Positions 18,429 through 29,552 of a DNA stretch of 64,000 bases are shown here, piece after piece. The stretch spans positions 1-64,000 of the forward strand of contig CAWDFP010000007.1 of assembly GCA_963801605.1 (NCBI GenBank), read 5' to 3'. The position numbers were made by a program, and so were the translations under genes. The first letter of the stretch is position 1, and every line of letters starts with the position of its first letter. The notes below the pieces were generated by a model. The model was not told the DNA's origin, did not search any database, and was given only the letters and a program-made list of their open reading frames with translations. This DNA is from an uncultured candidate division Zixibacteria bacterium. GTDB lineage: Bacteria > Zixibacteria > MSB-5A5 > UBA10806.

Positions 18429-20784
18429 ATGCTTAACCATACCTTAAAGGTATTGGAATATCGCTCCATTTTAGACCGTTTGGTCTTTCATAGCCGCTCC
18501 GTTCCGGGTAAGAGACGATCCGGCAATTTATTGCCGTACTCAAATGTCGAGGTCATCAACGATGCTCTTGATCTTCTGTCCGAGATGAATGAGATTTTTG
18601 ATTTTGACGGCGGTCCCCCCGGATTGGAATTTGACGATCTCGGCGAAAAAATGGACCGGGCGCGTTCCTCGGGAGATATTTTCGAACCCAAAGAACTCCT
18701 GGAATTTGCAGCCTTTTTTGCCATTATTCGCGATTGCCTGAAAATCAGGCCCCAGTATAAAAAAATCAGAGCGCTGCTATCGGGCCTGCATTATCCGGGT
18801 GACCTCCATGATGAAATCGAAAAGACCGTTGATCAATCCGGGGAAATAAAAGATTCGGCCTCACCGGAATTAAAGCGTATTCGTAAAGAGTTGATGGCTA
18901 TCAAGGGCAAACTCAATGAAAGATTTGAAAAATATTCTGAAATCGGATACATCCTCATATTTATCCGATAACCTCTTTACCTTGCGTGACGGTCGTTACG
19001 TTTTGCCGGTCCGCGAATCGGATAAGGGACGAGTCAAAGGAATCATCCACGACCGCTCTTCCTCGGGCGCTACATTTTTTATCGAGCCTTCCGAAACGGT
19101 GGAGCTAAATAATCGTCATAGAGAGCTTGAGACCGCCGAGCGCGAGGAGATCAATCGCATCTTACGGCATCTCGCCGAACAGCTTTATCTGAATATTGAT
19201 GGCATTAAGAAAGCTGTCGCTATCCTTTCCCATCTTGATTTTATTTCCGCATGTTCGCGTTTGTCGCGGGAAATTAACGGTTCCCGGCCGGTATTTTCGG
19301 ATTCTGAAGAGCATCATATTATTAATGGCCGCCATCCCGTCTTGCTCCTTAAGATCGATGAAAATAAGCGAACCGAGGTTGTACCGCTCGAACTCCGGCT
19401 GACACCCGATGAGAATATCATGGTTATCACCGGCCCCAATACCGGCGGTAAAACCGTAGCTCTGAAAACCGTTGGTATCCTATCATTGATGGCTGCCAGC
19501 GCCCTTTTTGTGCCGGCTGATGCCAAATCGCGCTTCATTCTATTTGATAATATATTTGGCGATATCGGCGATGAACAATCTATCGAAAGCTCGCTTTCGA
19601 CTTACTCATCGCATCTCAATCATATCAAAACCGCTCTTGAGCAATCCGGTGAAAATTCACTGGTTCTCTTAGACGAGCTTGGCGCCGGAACTGATCCCGA
19701 GGAAGGCGCCGCCATGGGCCAGGCCGTGATCGAATTTCTGGCGGCTAAGAAATGTTTTGCTGTCATTACTACCCATCAGGGCAAGCTCAAAGCTTTGGCT
19801 GGTAATGTCCGAGGAGTGGTTAACGGCTCGATGGAGTTCGATCGTCAGCAATTACGGCCGACATTCGTATTCAGGGCCGGGGTGCCGGGATCATCTTATG
19901 CCGTCGAGATCGCGCAAAAACTGGGACTGCCTCAACGTCTTACCGAACGCGCCTGGGCGCTTCTCGATCAAAAGGAACGTGATCTGACTCATCTTATAGC
20001 GGAATTAAATCAAAAATCGGTTCAGCTTACCGACGAGCTTAAGAAAGCCACCGCTAATCGTCTCTCCTATGAATCGCTTTCCAAAATCTACCAGGATAAA
20101 ATTGACGCCTGGCAGATTGCCGAAAAGGAAATGCGCAAAAAACAGCTGAAGGAATCGGAAGAGGTAATAAAGAATATCCGCGATGAATTAAATCGGTTGC
20201 TTGATTCTGCTAAGGAGAAAAGAAGAGAGCCGGAATTAGTCAGGGCCATTCGCCGGGATGTCAACGACCGTCTCACCGAGGCTAGAAAAGAACTGGAGAA
20301 AATGGAGGTGGCGCCGTCTTATGTTCCAGCGCACGGCCTGCCGGGGGAGAAGGTGTATGTCAGAGGTATCGATGCTAACGGCGAGGTGCTGGAACCGGCC
20401 GATTCATCCGGCCGAGTGCGCGTCCGTATTGGTAATGCCACCATGCTGACCGATCTTGAAAATCTGGTCAGCCGTACGGAGAATGCGCCAGGCGAACAAA
20501 AAACTTATGATGTTCGAACCGATTATCTTCCCAGCCCCGGTATGGAGGTTGACATCCGCGGTATGACTTTCGATGAAGCCGAGCCGGTTATCGAGCGATA
20601 CCTTGATGATGCTAGCAATGCCGGCCTGGAAACTGTGGTCATTATTCATGGCAAAGGGACAGGTGTTCTGCGTAAAAAAGTTCAGCTTTATCTCGATCAA
20701 AATCCCAGGGTTCAGTCGCATCGTTTGGGATATTGGAACGAAGGTTCCAGCGGCGTCACGGTAGTTACACTTAAGAAGGATTAG
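18429..20784 (+). CDS. mutS2: MutS2 with C-terminal Smr domain; apparent frameshift near 18935
   Basis: LKVLEY N-terminus, DSASPEL, GIIHDRSSSGATFFIEP, ITGPNTGGKT, DIGDEQSIE, LLDELGAGTDP, Smr IIHGKGTG. Confidence 0.95.
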
Positions 20785-20800
20785 GTAATAGGATCCAACG

Positions 20801-22533
20801 TTGAGCTACATTCCTGACGACATAGTCGAACGCATTAAAGCCGAATCGGATATCGTTTCGGTGGTCTCTGGCTTTGTTACGCTGAAAAAAGCGGCAAGGA
20901 TTACCGTGGTCTGTGTCCGTTTCATCAGGAGAAGACGCCGTCGTTCTTCGTGATCCCCGCTAAGGGATTCTATCACTGTTTCGGTTGCGGCGCTGGTGGA
21001 AACGCAGTCAACTTCATCATGGCCCATGAGAGACTCGATTACCCCGAAGCCTTGCGTTACTTGGCTGAAAAAGCCGGCATCACTATTCCGGAAACCACGA
21101 AAAATAATAAATCGGATATCGATGCGCTCTACGAGGCGTTGGCTCTGGCCGGTTCATATTATATGAAATCTATTAAGGACGGCTCAGGACTTTCGGCTTT
21201 GAATTACCTTCGTTCTCGCGGCATAACCGATGAAACTGCCCAGACATTCGGAATCGGTTACGCTTCGCCGGGCTGGGACGGTTTTATAAAACATGCCGCT
21301 TCCAAGGGAATCGGGCCTGCCATTCTCGAGCGCGTTGGATTAGTTGCCAAGAAAGATAATTACTACGACCGCTTCCGGAATCGTCTGATGGTGCCTATCA
21401 AAACTGTCTCCGGACGAATCGTTGGGTTCGGCGGACGGGTCATGCCGGGCGATGATGGCCCCAAATATATCAATTCTCCTGAAACCGAAATCTATAAAAA
21501 AGGAAAACTTCTTTTTGGCCTTGATATCTCCAAAGATCACATCCGGGAAGAAAATCAAGCCATAGTCGTTGAGGGTTATTTCGATCTCATAGCCTTGCAT
21601 CAATACGGAATAAAAAATGTTGTGGCCGTTAGCGGCACCGGTTTTACGCCCGATCAAACACAGCTTCTGGCGCGATTCTGCGAACAGATTATCCTTCTTT
21701 ATGATTCCGATTCGGCTGGAATTAAGGCCGCCTTCCGAGCCTGCGGAGTGCTGTATAATTCCGGCATCGAGCCCCGTCTGGTAAGGCTTCCCAAGGGATA
21801 TGATCCCGATTCATTTGTTAGAGAAAAAGGGAAAGACGCCTTGTTGGCGCAAATTGCCGGTGGATGTGATGTCATTGATTTTATACATAACGGCTTATCG
21901 GGCAAATTTTCCGATCAACCACTGGCGCGCCAGGAGAAGATCATCAAAGCGCTCTCCGAAACGGTTGGTCTGATACAAGATTCGCTTCGTCGGAATCTGC
22001 TTATAAAGAAAATTTCGGAAAAATTCGATTTGGCTCCTGGTACGCTTGAAAGCCAAATCCAAAAAGCGCCAAGAGCCAGCGGCGAGACAATCGAGGCCAA
22101 ACCGATAGGCCGTATCAAACCCGAAAAAGAATTTTTGGCGATCATTGTATCGCATCCCGAATTTATCGCGCAGTGCCAGGGGATTGTTGATTCATCCTTA
22201 TTCATCGATCAAGGCAACGCGCAACTATTTGAGCTAATCCGTGCCTGCTATGAAATGGGCGAGCCAATTAGCCTGGAGAATCTTTTTGATCGCCTGGAAA
22301 ATGAAGGGTTACGCCGCCTTCTTGCCGAAATCGGCGTAATTGAACATGATGATGGTAACGAGGAAATACATTTTCAGGAATATCTGAAAGCGTTTCGAAC
22401 AATCGCTTTAAGAAAACGGAGGGAGGAGCTTAAAAGTTTAACCAGCGAGGCCGAAAGTCTCGCAGACGAAAGTAAAGCAGTACAGCTAACCCGGGAGTTT
22501 CGAGACCTACAAACCAGAGGTGGAAACACATGA
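20801..22533 (+). CDS. dnaG: DNA primase; apparent one-base deletion in the A-run at 20885-20890
   Basis: TTG start SYIPDDIVERIKAESDIV; zinc finger GLCPFHQEKTPSF...HCFGC restored by adding one A; KYINSPET, TOPRIM VEGYFD, DSDSAG, DPD. Confidence 0.95.
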
Positions 22534-24096
22534 CACAAGAGGCTGCCAATAACAGGATAAAGTCAGCTTGCCTCAATACTGCCAGAGAACTAATCGACCG
22601 GGATACTGTCCAGAAGCTTGGCGCTTCGCTGTCTACTGCAAGCGGAGCAATTCCGAGATCGGACGGTAATAGAACCGGAGGGGGATTTGGTTCAATACCG
22701 CAGGAACACCATGAGCTAATAGCAAGCTCGGCTTATAGTGCTGCGGTCGTCGATGGGGGCGCCGATCCAGCCTATGTCTACTTCAAAGACATGGGACGAT
22801 TCAAAATTCTTTCGAGGGATGAGGAGGTAAAGGTTGCTCGCCGCATCGAGGGGCATAAACGCGGCATCAAAAAAATCGTCTTTTCATCATCGGTGGTTCT
22901 CGAGGAGCTGATCTCCTGCGAGACAGGACTGGAGTCCAAAGAGGTCAGGCTCGAGGATATCGTTTCGCCTGAGACCTGCCGATGGTTCGCGCCGGAAAAT
23001 ATCAAGCGTGAGAAGCAGAAAGTTCTGACCAGGCTCAAGAAAATCCAGGAGCTATTGGAGCAATCGCGGCTGTGATAATTTGGACACCATCAGCGAAAAA
23101 GATCGAGAGCTTCTTGAAAAACGTCTGAAATATCGTCAAAAACTTTTTACCGAGATCGAAAAGTTTAACTTCAATTTGGGATTTCTCGATGGTCTGGTTG
23201 CCACCTTCAAAATGCAGGTTAACGGCAACCGACGATATCACCGTCCCCAAAATGAAGTTGCCAGGCTGGCTCAGACCGATTTATCGGAGTTCCTTTTCTC
23301 CGAGGAGATGCCGCAGTCGGAGCTTGAGATCTTGAAAAACCGTCTCGATTTTCTGGAATCGGAATTGGCTAAAGCCAAGAAAATCATGATCGAGGCCAAT
23401 ATGCGCCTGGTGATTTCAATTGCCAGGAAATATATCGGACGCGGCATGGAGTTTATGGATCTCATCCAGGAGGGCAATTCCGGTCTGGTCAAGGCGGTCG
23501 ATAAGTTCGACTATCGCAAGGGATTTAAGTTCGGCACTTATGCCTCGTGGTGGATCAGACAGGCCATTACGCGTTCGCTTTCGGAGCAAGCCAAGACGAT
23601 CCGTACCCCGATGTATCTGAACAGCCAGTATGGACGGGTTGCCAAGGCTACTCAATCTCTATTCCAGAAACTTGGCCGCAAGCCGAATATTCATGAATTG
23701 TCCTCGCATGTCGGAATTTCGCTTGAGAAGGTCGAGGATATTTTAAGCGTCATACCGCAAACGGTATCGCTTTCCAAGCCGATCGGCGATGATGAGGAAA
23801 ACCAGATGTTCAACCTGATCGCCGATCCGCAGTTTTCGACCACCAGCGGCAAGGCCTCGTTTGTTTACTTGCAGGATCAGGTGGAGAAAATTCTTTCGAC
23901 TTTGACCGACAGGGAAGAGGAGGTCATCAGGCTGCGATTTGGAATGATTGATGGCATGCCGCGTACGCTGGAGGAGGTTGGATTGATATTCAACCTGACT
24001 CGCGAGCGGATTCGGCAGATCGAGGCTAAGGCGCTTCGGAAATTGCGTCACAAATCGCGCTGCGAAAAATTGCGCGATTGCGTTGACCTATTGTAA
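22530..24096 (+). CDS. rpoD: RpoD/SigA-like sigma70 factor (divergent); apparent frameshift near 23058
   Basis: Region 1.2 [17 protein letters not shown]; region 2 [42 protein letters not shown]; region 4 [24 protein letters not shown]; follows dnaG. Confidence 0.85.
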
Positions 24097-24156
24097 GGTG
24101 CGCTCTGCGCACCAATTAGCGTAATTAGGTAAGTCAAGACCCCCACGGTCTTGACT
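24093..24156 (+). repeat. Two GTAA-prefixed REP-like palindromes after rpoD
   Basis: GTAA-GGTGCGC-TCT-GCGCACC and GTA-AGTCAAGACC-CCCAC-GGTCTTGACT. Confidence 0.5.
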
Positions 24157-24627
24157 CATAGGGGAGTTTATCAATTTAGGGCTTCGGAAACGGGAGCGTG
24201 ACCGTTTCACCTCTATTATTGCCTGATCTATATTCTGAGTGGCAAGTATTATCGTTTTGCCTGAAATTCTATATGGATATGTAGATATGTAGGTCGGGTT
24301 CCGAGCCCCTTGGTGGCGCTTATGGCCATTTGAGATCTGCTTAAAACATAACTGCATGTCCCGAATGTGCTTGGATTGGGATTACCCCTAAGTTATCCGT
24401 CAGCAGCGATTGTAAATGAGTCGCCAGATTCACTCCAATGCCAAATAAAACAAGAACCGAGAGCGACCTTGACGATTTCGGGCGTGGTTCGGTTTATTTT
24501 AAATTCTAGAGTCTGAAAAACTATATAAGTATTATTCTTATAACCGAAACAATCTCATCCCTTTATCGTAGTCGTAAGTGGGGTGAAAGGTAAAAGAAGT
24601 AAACTCCAAATGAACCGGGAGGACAAA

Positions 24628-26355
24628 ATGCGCGCGAAGATATTAATTCTGGCAACGGGGGCGCTTTTTGTGATGGCAATCCGGAGTTTCGCGGCCGAAC
24701 CGATCGTCAAAATCGATCATGTCTCGGCCGAACGCGTTATGTACGCCGGGTTTGCCCTCGATAAAGGGGGCGATTTTAAAATCAAAGCAGTCGGCTTACA
24801 GGGGCGCAACGTGGATGATCTTATAGCTTACGCCTGGCTCCTCGATTCATCCACTCGCAAGGCTGTCTGGACCATGAACCGCGAAAACACCAGCCGCAAG
24901 GGAAGCCACGGCCTGCGGGAATCCGATAAAACCATCAATCTTAAACCCGGAAAATACGAACTATATTATTACGCCGGCAACAACTGGTCCGGCGAGATCA
25001 ATATCAACGGTCAAAATGTATTCCAATTTATGGGCGACCTGTTCAACGGCCGGCTGAACGAAGATGTCAATGATCACCTTGACGAATTCTACGTCGCCGT
25101 TTATCCGTCTCGTGATAACTTCAAAGATTTCTCCCTGTTTACTCCCGATGGCGCCTTGCCCGATGTCCTTTTCCAATTTAACAAAGTGGGCAATTCCAAA
25201 TATCTTCAACAGGGCTTCACGCTCGACAAACCGATGACCCTGCATGTCTATGGCCTCTGCGAATACCCCACAGGATATAAAGCGCCAACCGATTATGCCC
25301 GTATCATCAATTCCGAAACCAGAGACAAGGTTTGGGAGATGGATCGCTGGAACACCGATCCCGCCGGCGGCGGACGGAAAAATCGCGTAGCCGATGAGGA
25401 CGTCAAACTCGATAAGGGAAATTATACGCTCGTTTATATTACCGATGACTCCCACTCCTGGCCCGAGTTCAATGTAGCTCCCCCTGAGGATCCCATGAGT
25501 TGGGGAGTCGCGCTTCTGGCCACCTCTCAAACCGATAAAAGCGCCTTCCACCTGGTTGCCGTCAAAGGCCGGGGAGAACCCTTAGTCGACATGACTCATG
25601 CCGGCGACAACGAAGACCTCTCGCAAGCCTTCAAACTCGATAAAGATATGTCTCTCCACATCGTTTGTCTCGGCGAATGGAACGGCGAATTTGCCGATTA
25701 TGGCTGGATCGAGGATGGCTCCAGCGGCCGCACTGTCTGGGAGATGACATACCGCAATACCGAATATGCGGGTGGCTCGGAAAAAAATCGGATTTTTGAT
25801 GATATTGTGTCATTACCTAAAGGCTCTTATATCGCTCGATATACATCCGATGACAGCCATTCATACCGAGATTGGAATGATTCTCCGCCTTATGAACCTG
25901 AGTCCTGGGGCCTGGCAATTTATCCTGGTAACGATTTCGTTAAAACCGGGTTTCATCTCGTCGACAAAGAACAAGCCCAGCAGAGCGCCAACACGCTCGT
26001 CAAAATGACTCGTCTGGGCGACAACGTTCATAAGCGCGAGAAATTTACTTTAGACAAGCAAACCAAGATTCATATCTATGCTGTTGGCGAGGGCGATATC
26101 GATGAGATGTTCGATTACGGTTGGATTATAAACGATAAGACCAATCGAACAGTCTGGGAGATGACATTCCGCAATACGGAACCGGCCGGGGGCGCTCGCA
26201 AAAATCGAATGTTTGATGATACCGTTATTCTTGAGGCCGGAACTTATGAGGTCTATTTCGTTACCGATGGCTCGCATTCTTACAACGATTGGAATTCCGC
26301 TAAACCTCGCGATCCCGCCAGTTGGGGGATTACCATCAGTATCGATAAAAAATAA
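24628..26355 (+). CDS. Secreted protein of unknown function with four tandem ~140-aa repeats
   Basis: GGAGG RBS, Sec signal peptide; repeated DYGWI..VWEMT..NT..AGG..KNR...L..G.Y...Y.TDDSHS...W...PP..P..WG motif. Confidence 0.88.
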   Translation: MRAKILILATGALFVMAIRSFAAEPIVKIDHVSAERVMYAGFALDKGGDFKIKAVGLQGRNVDDLIAYAWLLDSSTRKAVWTMNRENTSRKGSHGLRESDKTINLKPGKYELYYYAGNNWSGEININGQNVFQFMGDLFNGRLNEDVNDHLDEFYVAVYPSRDNFKDFSLFTPDGALPDVLFQFNKVGNSKYLQQGFTLDKPMTLHVYGLCEYPTGYKAPTDYARIINSETRDKVWEMDRWNTDPAGGGRKNRVADEDVKLDKGNYTLVYITDDSHSWPEFNVAPPEDPMSWGVALLATSQTDKSAFHLVAVKGRGEPLVDMTHAGDNEDLSQAFKLDKDMSLHIVCLGEWNGEFADYGWIEDGSSGRTVWEMTYRNTEYAGGSEKNRIFDDIVSLPKGSYIARYTSDDSHSYRDWNDSPPYEPESWGLAIYPGNDFVKTGFHLVDKEQAQQSANTLVKMTRLGDNVHKREKFTLDKQTKIHIYAVGEGDIDEMFDYGWIINDKTNRTVWEMTFRNTEPAGGARKNRMFDDTVILEAGTYEVYFVTDGSHSYNDWNSAKPRDPASWGITISIDKK

Positions 26356-26410
26356 CTAAATTTTCCTCTCTTTTAACGATATCTGAGAAGTCTGACTTCG
26401 GGCTTCCGGG

Positions 26411-26440
26411 AAGGCGGGTAGATCGAACCCGCCTTTTTTA
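26411..26440 (+). terminator. Intrinsic terminator
   Basis: AAGGCGGGT-AGATCGA-ACCCGCCTT followed by TTTT. Confidence 0.8.
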
Positions 26441-26514
26441 CTTCTATTTATAGATAATTTTTATTTTAATTAATGAAGGGAAGGTCAAAACATCTTAGAG
26501 TTTTAACTATATAC

Positions 26515-27429
26515 CTACCAGCGTTTGAACCGCCAGAATGAGATAAATCCGATTACTGATAATAATGCTAAACCCATAATAATCCAAAAAGCGTGCGGAT
26601 GAGCTTGCATCGGAATGGTGACATTCATCGAAAAGGCGCTTACCACCAATGTCGGAACCATAATGGCGATTGTGATAATATTAAGAGTTTTCATGAGCAC
26701 GTTAAGGTTGTTGCTTACAATCGATGCCCGCGCATCCATCAAACCGGATAGCACGTTGGAGAGAATTTCTGCTTGCCGGTAACATTGGTTATTTTCGATA
26801 TAGATGTCGTCCAGCAACTCCTGATCCTCAACCGCTAACTCCAATTTGCTGCCGTTGGCGCGCAGCTTTTCGATCAAGAAGGCGTTGGAATTAATCGCGT
26901 TTAGATAGTAGACTAAGCTTTTCTCCAGCGTAAATAGATTGAGCAGATGGCGATTTTCCATGGCCCGGTTGATTTTATCCTGAAGCTCGTCCGAAATTCC
27001 CGATATTATTTTCAAGTGCTCGAGGAAATGAAAGATGGAACGATAGATCAGGCGCAGGAAAACAAAGGCCGGGGTCGGCGGCCTGTTAAAAGAAAGTCCA
27101 TCAAACAGGGATATATCCTCATTAGTTACGATAATCAAACGGTCTTTAAACAGAAAAATACCCACCGATGATACCTTGAAATAAAATTGTTCTTTGGCGG
27201 AGTAATTCTTGGGCCGTTTATAGATAATGGCGATATGCTCTGGTTCGAATTCCAATCTCGAAAGTTCATCAGGGTCTAACGCGGAATTCAAGGTATGCTC
27301 ATCGAGTTTGAGGGTGTCGACAAGATATCGTTTTTCGCTATCGGTGGGATTCAAATAGAGAATTACAGGGCATTCCGGGGTTTCCACTTCCACCAGCTTA
27401 CGGTCCTGGCATTGATAAGTTTTAATCAT
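26515..27429 (-). CDS. corA: CorA-family Mg2+/Co2+ transporter
   Basis: ALDPDELSRLE, SIVSNNLNVLMKTL, two C-terminal TMs with SMN (GMN-variant) motif. Confidence 0.9.
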   Translation of the reverse strand: MIKTYQCQDRKLVEVETPECPVILYLNPTDSEKRYLVDTLKLDEHTLNSALDPDELSRLEFEPEHIAIIYKRPKNYSAKEQFYFKVSSVGIFLFKDRLIIVTNEDISLFDGLSFNRPPTPAFVFLRLIYRSIFHFLEHLKIISGISDELQDKINRAMENRHLLNLFTLEKSLVYYLNAINSNAFLIEKLRANGSKLELAVEDQELLDDIYIENNQCYRQAEILSNVLSGLMDARASIVSNNLNVLMKTLNIITIAIMVPTLVVSAFSMNVTIPMQAHPHAFWIIMGLALLSVIGFISFWRFKRW

Positions 27430-27629
27430 AACTAATTTCCCTGATCAAATTGTTCGATTTCCTCCTGGCTCGGCCCGTTAAGATATGTCATAATATTCAA
27501 ACTGACAAGCGATATTAGATGAGCCAATAGGAATATCCGGATTTGATTTATATACTGGAGCAATGTATATTGTTCATAATATTAGGTTGGTAAGGATTCT
27601 GATATTTTAACAATCGAGGCATTGATAAT

Positions 27630-29343
27630 ATGGCTGAGGAAAACAAGAATAATAAGGAAATGAAATCGCCGCCTGATCTCTCTCTTCCAACGAACTTCAT
27701 TAAGGAGATCATTAACGATGACCTGAAAATTGGCAAGAATCAGGGACGGGTACATACGCGTTTTCCGCCTGAGCCTAATGGCTATCTGCATATCGGACAT
27801 GCTAAATCGATCTGCCTTAATTTCGGGCTGGCCGCTGAGTATAAAGGCCTCTGCAACCTCAGATTTGATGATACCAACCCAAGCAAAGAAGATGTTGAAT
27901 ATGTAGACTCAATCATGGAGGATGTCCGCTGGCTGGGATTCGATTGGGATGATCGCCTCTATTATGCTTCCGACTATTTCGGCCAACTTCATGATTTTGC
28001 TGTCATCCTGATAAAAAAGGGAAAAGCCTACGTAGATGATCTGACCGCCGATCAGATTCGGGAGCATCGCGGTACTCTTACCGAGCCCGGAAAGGAAAGC
28101 CCTTACCGAAATCGCTCCATCGAGGAAAATCTCGCACTATTCGAGAGGATGCGTGCCGGGGAATTTCCGGATGGTTCCAGGACGCTTCGGGCCAGGATCG
28201 ATATGGCATCTCCCAATCTCAATATGCGCGATCCTGTCATGTACCGTATCCTGCATGCGAGCCATCATCGCACCGGCGATAAGTGGTGCATTTATCCAAT
28301 GTACGATTGGGCGCATGGCCAATCTGATTCCATCGAGGGAATCACGCATTCTATCTGTACTCTGGAATTTGAGGCTCACCGTCCGCTCTATGATTGGTTT
28401 GTCGAACAGCTTGGAATCCACCATCCTCAGCAGATCGAATTCGCCAGGCTCAATCTGACTTATACAGTCATGAGCAAACGCAAACTTCTTCAGTTGGTGC
28501 AGGATGGCCTCGTTAGCGGTTGGGATGATCCTCGTATGCCGACCATCTCAGGCCTGCGCCGTCGCGGTTATACGCCCGAATCAATTCGCGATTTCGCTGA
28601 GCGTATCGGCGTTGCCAAGCGTGATAGTATGGTCGATGTCGCCTTGTTGGAGCATTGCCTGCGCGAGGATCTCAATATGCGCGCTAAACGCGTCATGGTG
28701 GTTCTGAGGCCGCTAAAACTGATTATCGATAACTATCCCGAAAATAAGGTAGAGGAGCTTGAGGCGATAAACAACCCCGAGGATGCCTCTGCCGGTACCC
28801 GTAAATTACCGTTTTCGAGAGAGCTTTATATCGAGCAGGATGATTTCCGCGAGGAGGCCCCCAAGAAATGGTTCCGTCTTACTCCCGGTGCGGAAGTGCG
28901 CTTGAAACATGCCTATATCGTCAAATGCGTTAATGTGGTTAAGGATTCCAATACTGGCGAAATTACTGAGGTTCATTGTACCTATGATCCCGCAACCAGG
29001 AGCGGCGAGTCTGTTGATGGCCGTAAAGTCAAAGGCACGCTTGCATTGGGTTTCGGCGTCTCATGCTTTCGAGGCCGAGATCCGCCTCTACGATAACCTG
29101 TTCACCAAAGAAGTGCCCGACGCTGATCCCGACTTTAAGGAAAATATAAATCCCAATTCGCTTGAAATTCTAACAGGAGCGAAACTTGAACCTGGGCTTC
29201 GAAATGCCACGCCCGGCGACCATTATCAGTTTTTGAGACAGGGATATTTTAATGTCGATACTGTCGATTCCAAATCCGGTGCGCCAATTTTCAACCGCAC
29301 AGTCGGGCTGCGAGATACCTGGGCTAAAATCGAAAAGAAGTAG
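27630..29343 (+). CDS. glnS: Glutamine--tRNA ligase; apparent frameshift near 29041
   Basis: [40 protein letters not shown]-terminus [25 protein letters not shown] in a second frame. Confidence 0.96.
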
Positions 29344-29363
29344 CTATAAGCTTCTTCACCGGT

Positions 29364-29380
29364 GTTTTTGCATTATGCAA
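29364..29380. promoter_or_regulatory. Candidate operator, copy 1 (GTTTTTGCATTATGCAA)
   Basis: 16/17 identical to 40572-40588; contains a TTGCA-N3-TGCAA dyad. Confidence 0.45.
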
Positions 29381-29499
29381 TTGTTATTTAATTTAAGCTG
29401 CAAAGCTATGCAGTATTAAATCAATCCCCGCTGTTCAAATTCTACACTGTTTAATTCAGCAATCATTGATATTTTTATTTAATAGCGCTCTGTAATTTA

Positions 29500-29526
29500 T
29501 CAATATGCAATATCTCACGCCGATAA
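29500..29526 (+). promoter_or_regulatory. Sigma28 (FliA)-like promoter
   Basis: TCAA-N15-GCCGATAA, 26 nt before the GTG start and upstream of an AGGAG RBS. Confidence 0.6.
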
Positions 29527-29552
29527 ATTTAATGTGTCAATAGGAGCAGATA

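Noticed and set aside
23073..23078. TGA readthrough or selenocysteine in rpoD
   Set aside because: The TGA is followed at once by TAA and the downstream half is in another frame.
24300..24500. Possible ncRNA (6S or SRP-like) in the long interval after rpoD
   Set aside because: Only an imperfect hairpin near 24443-24500; no diagnostic motif could be confirmed by eye, and an Infernal/Rfam scan would be needed.
20801..29343. Pseudogenisation or programmed frameshifting of dnaG, rpoD and glnS
   Set aside because: These are core genes, each with a single homopolymer-type indel and no consistent slippery site or stimulator; sequencing error is simpler.
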